Origin: Paragordius varius
Lineage: Eukaryota > Animalia > Nematomorpha
Direction: 5' to 3'
NCBI GenBank assembly: GCA_964247055.1
Contig: OZ176053.1
Span: forward strand, 7,812,001-7,876,000
Length of the DNA: 64,000 nt
In this document: positions 62,686-64,000 of the stretch, one piece after another
How the letters are laid out: each line of letters begins with the position of its first letter
How positions within the stretch are numbered: position 1 is the first letter of the stretch
Notes under the pieces: model-generated
Told to the model about the DNA's origin: nothing
Databases searched by the model: none
The model's input: the letters and a program-made list of their open reading frames with translations, nothing else
Position numbers and translations under genes: made by a program

Positions 62686-63877
62686 ATACCGTTTTGTACA
62701 TTATCCTCAAAAAGTGTTGAATAAGGATTATTTTGCGTAGATTGTTCGTTTGTGTAATCCAAGGCCTTTTTATAAATTGCAATATTTTGCAAAGGTATAA
62801 TCGTTTCAACCGGATCGTTTAGTAATGTTAAATTATCATCGCCTTCAAACATAACACGATGTAACTTATCCTTTTCGGATAATAGGAAATATCGAGTTGG
62901 CGCTATTACATAATCACAAAAAAAGAAATATAATCTATCATCTCTATAAATTCACCCTTTGAAAATTTATATTCATTCTAAAAATAATTTAAATGTTTCT
63001 GAATTCTCTATTAATAATTATAATTGTTAGTGGCATAAATAATTATCTTCATTACTCCATTTGTTTTAAAAAGTGTTTTTTTTGCTAATTAATAAAATAG
63101 AGGGAAATATAAATGATAACAAAAAGTATTTATCGTAATTATAAGTTAAAGTCCATAAAAACAAAATTTGTTTAATTTTGAAATGTTCAAGAGTCTGAAA
63201 AGTTTTCAAGGGTGTATTGAATGTAATATTAGTATATTTGCAAAATAATTAGCTAAAATGCTTAAATAAGTATCAATTCAACAATAATAATTTAAAAAAG
63301 AGTTAAAGATTGAATAGTACGCAGGCATACGGAACCGTTTATGCGATAATGGGTTGAACAATAACATGTGATACCATTGGCTTGACTCGCATCGTACATG
63401 TAAAAATGTTGACATTTTTTATGTGTTTTAAGCTTTTCAACGAATCTTTCTAAAAGAAATTATATTATTGATAAAATTAGGTTGTTTTTTGCAAAGATAA
63501 AATGAATAGCGGCTAATAGAACTACTAACCCCACTAAATTAGCATATTTATAAGTAAAATTATTTTTCACAATAACGCTCTATATTCAATTGCGAATTAC
63601 AAAAAAATTATGCAATATATATATATATATTACATAATATTAAAAGTTAATTCAATATACTTACTAGTGTGCCAATCCTTAGCACTATGATTGAAATGAG
63701 CCTTCATATCAATCACGTATGATAGATTAGTAATGTATGTTACATTTATTTTATTGGGATTTGTTTCGGGTATAAATCGTTGAATAGATTTATTCCAAAT
63801 AATGCGCATTTTGTTTATACATCGTGTATTCCAATCCGACCAAAACACATCCAACAATTCCCCATAATTGTCACCAC
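49702..63877 (-). CDS. LRP6: LRP5/6 (arrow) Wnt co-receptor, 3' half (end of propeller 3, EGF, propeller 4, EGF, LDLa repeats, TM, long cytoplasmic tail); 5' end beyond window
   Basis: Exons approx. 63877-63665, 63451-63321, 62900-62689, 62481-62389, 62150-61818, ~59830-59657, 59489-59330, 58898-58641, ~58375-58255, 58188-57875, 57802-57728, 57352-57175, 56897-56747, (56700-56000 unresolved), ~55965-55687, 54603-54301, 54031-53884, 53572-~53512, 53221-53138, 52792-52633, 52215-51943, 51544-51339, 50933-50708, 50646-50487, 50327-50094, 49995-49912, 49736-49702. Matches to recalled LRP6: PTRYFLLS~PTTFLLFS; [15 protein letters not shown]~AIDYDPLDKQLYWID; [17 protein letters not shown]~PYDLSIDIYSRYIYWTC; [13 protein letters not shown]~PKIERAALDGTER; [30 protein letters not shown]~[30 protein letters not shown]. 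TM is [19 protein letters not shown]. Confidence 0.85.
54995..55715. repeat. Degenerate ~120-150-bp tandem repeat whose last unit overlaps an LRP5/6 exon end and donor
   Basis: aa(a/g)cct(g)acaaaag motif at ~54998, 55151, 55278, 55427, 55560 and 55678. Confidence 0.55.
59961..61637. mobile_element. Second copy of the 46714-47460 repeat, split by nested insertions
   Basis: Shared blocks ttttaactgc..agatatagagcc, ttcctatgtccaatat..ttactctttcgaa and aaatatcaga..gaaaaattt..gtcta. Confidence 0.6.
60617..61284. mobile_element. Foldback-type element: long TIRs built of 21-bp tandem repeats, TA/TATA flanks
   Basis: CCATTTGAACTTCAAGAG... (60617) is inverted at ...CTCTTGAAGTGCAAATGG (61284). The unit GGACCAACTTGAATTGTTCAA is repeated ~5-6 times in the left arm and ~4 times in the right. 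TATA lies on both sides. Confidence 0.8.
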
Positions 63878-64000
63878 CTGTATAGCAATGAAAAAATATT
63901 TTTTTTTGCAAAAACAATTATAAAATGATATGAAAAAGATATAAATTATTTATTAATAAAATAGCACATAAAAAAAATAAATACATGAACAATTTAGATT

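Overview
Very AT-rich, intron-containing animal (invertebrate-type) genomic DNA. I assembled spliced models by hand for six protein genes. (1) The 3' part of a divergent huntingtin (+, enters from the left, stop 13865). (2) xbp1 (-, 15481-13980), with a recognisable 20-nt IRE1-type unconventional intron. (3) An intronless, degenerate Cdc20/Fizzy-like WD40 gene (-, 24420-22816). (4) A complete class II PI3-kinase (+, 24444-35166), head-to-head with gene 3 and only 23 bp away. (5) A Ca2+/calmodulin-type phosphodiesterase PDE1 (-, ~44240-37970). (6) The 3' half of an LRP5/6 (arrow) Wnt co-receptor (-, enters from the right, stop 49702). Introns and spacers carry repeats: a non-autonomous Helitron (2 copies), five piggyBac-like MITEs, a foldback element, hAT-like and other MITEs, decayed RTE LINEs, and a Penelope-type inverted duplication with two minimal hammerhead ribozymes. 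The main leads are four 22-24-nt GT-AG introns (first two introns of xbp1 and of the PI3K) in a window whose other introns are ~58 nt to several kb; the 20-nt IRE1 intron; hammerheads in an htt intron where only the sense copy has a core mutation; a Cdc20-like protein without C-box or IR tail; and an LRP5/6 tail without canonical PPPSP motifs. Exon boundaries were read by eye and a few (flagged) are unresolved. No database searches were run, so family calls rest on recalled conserved motifs.
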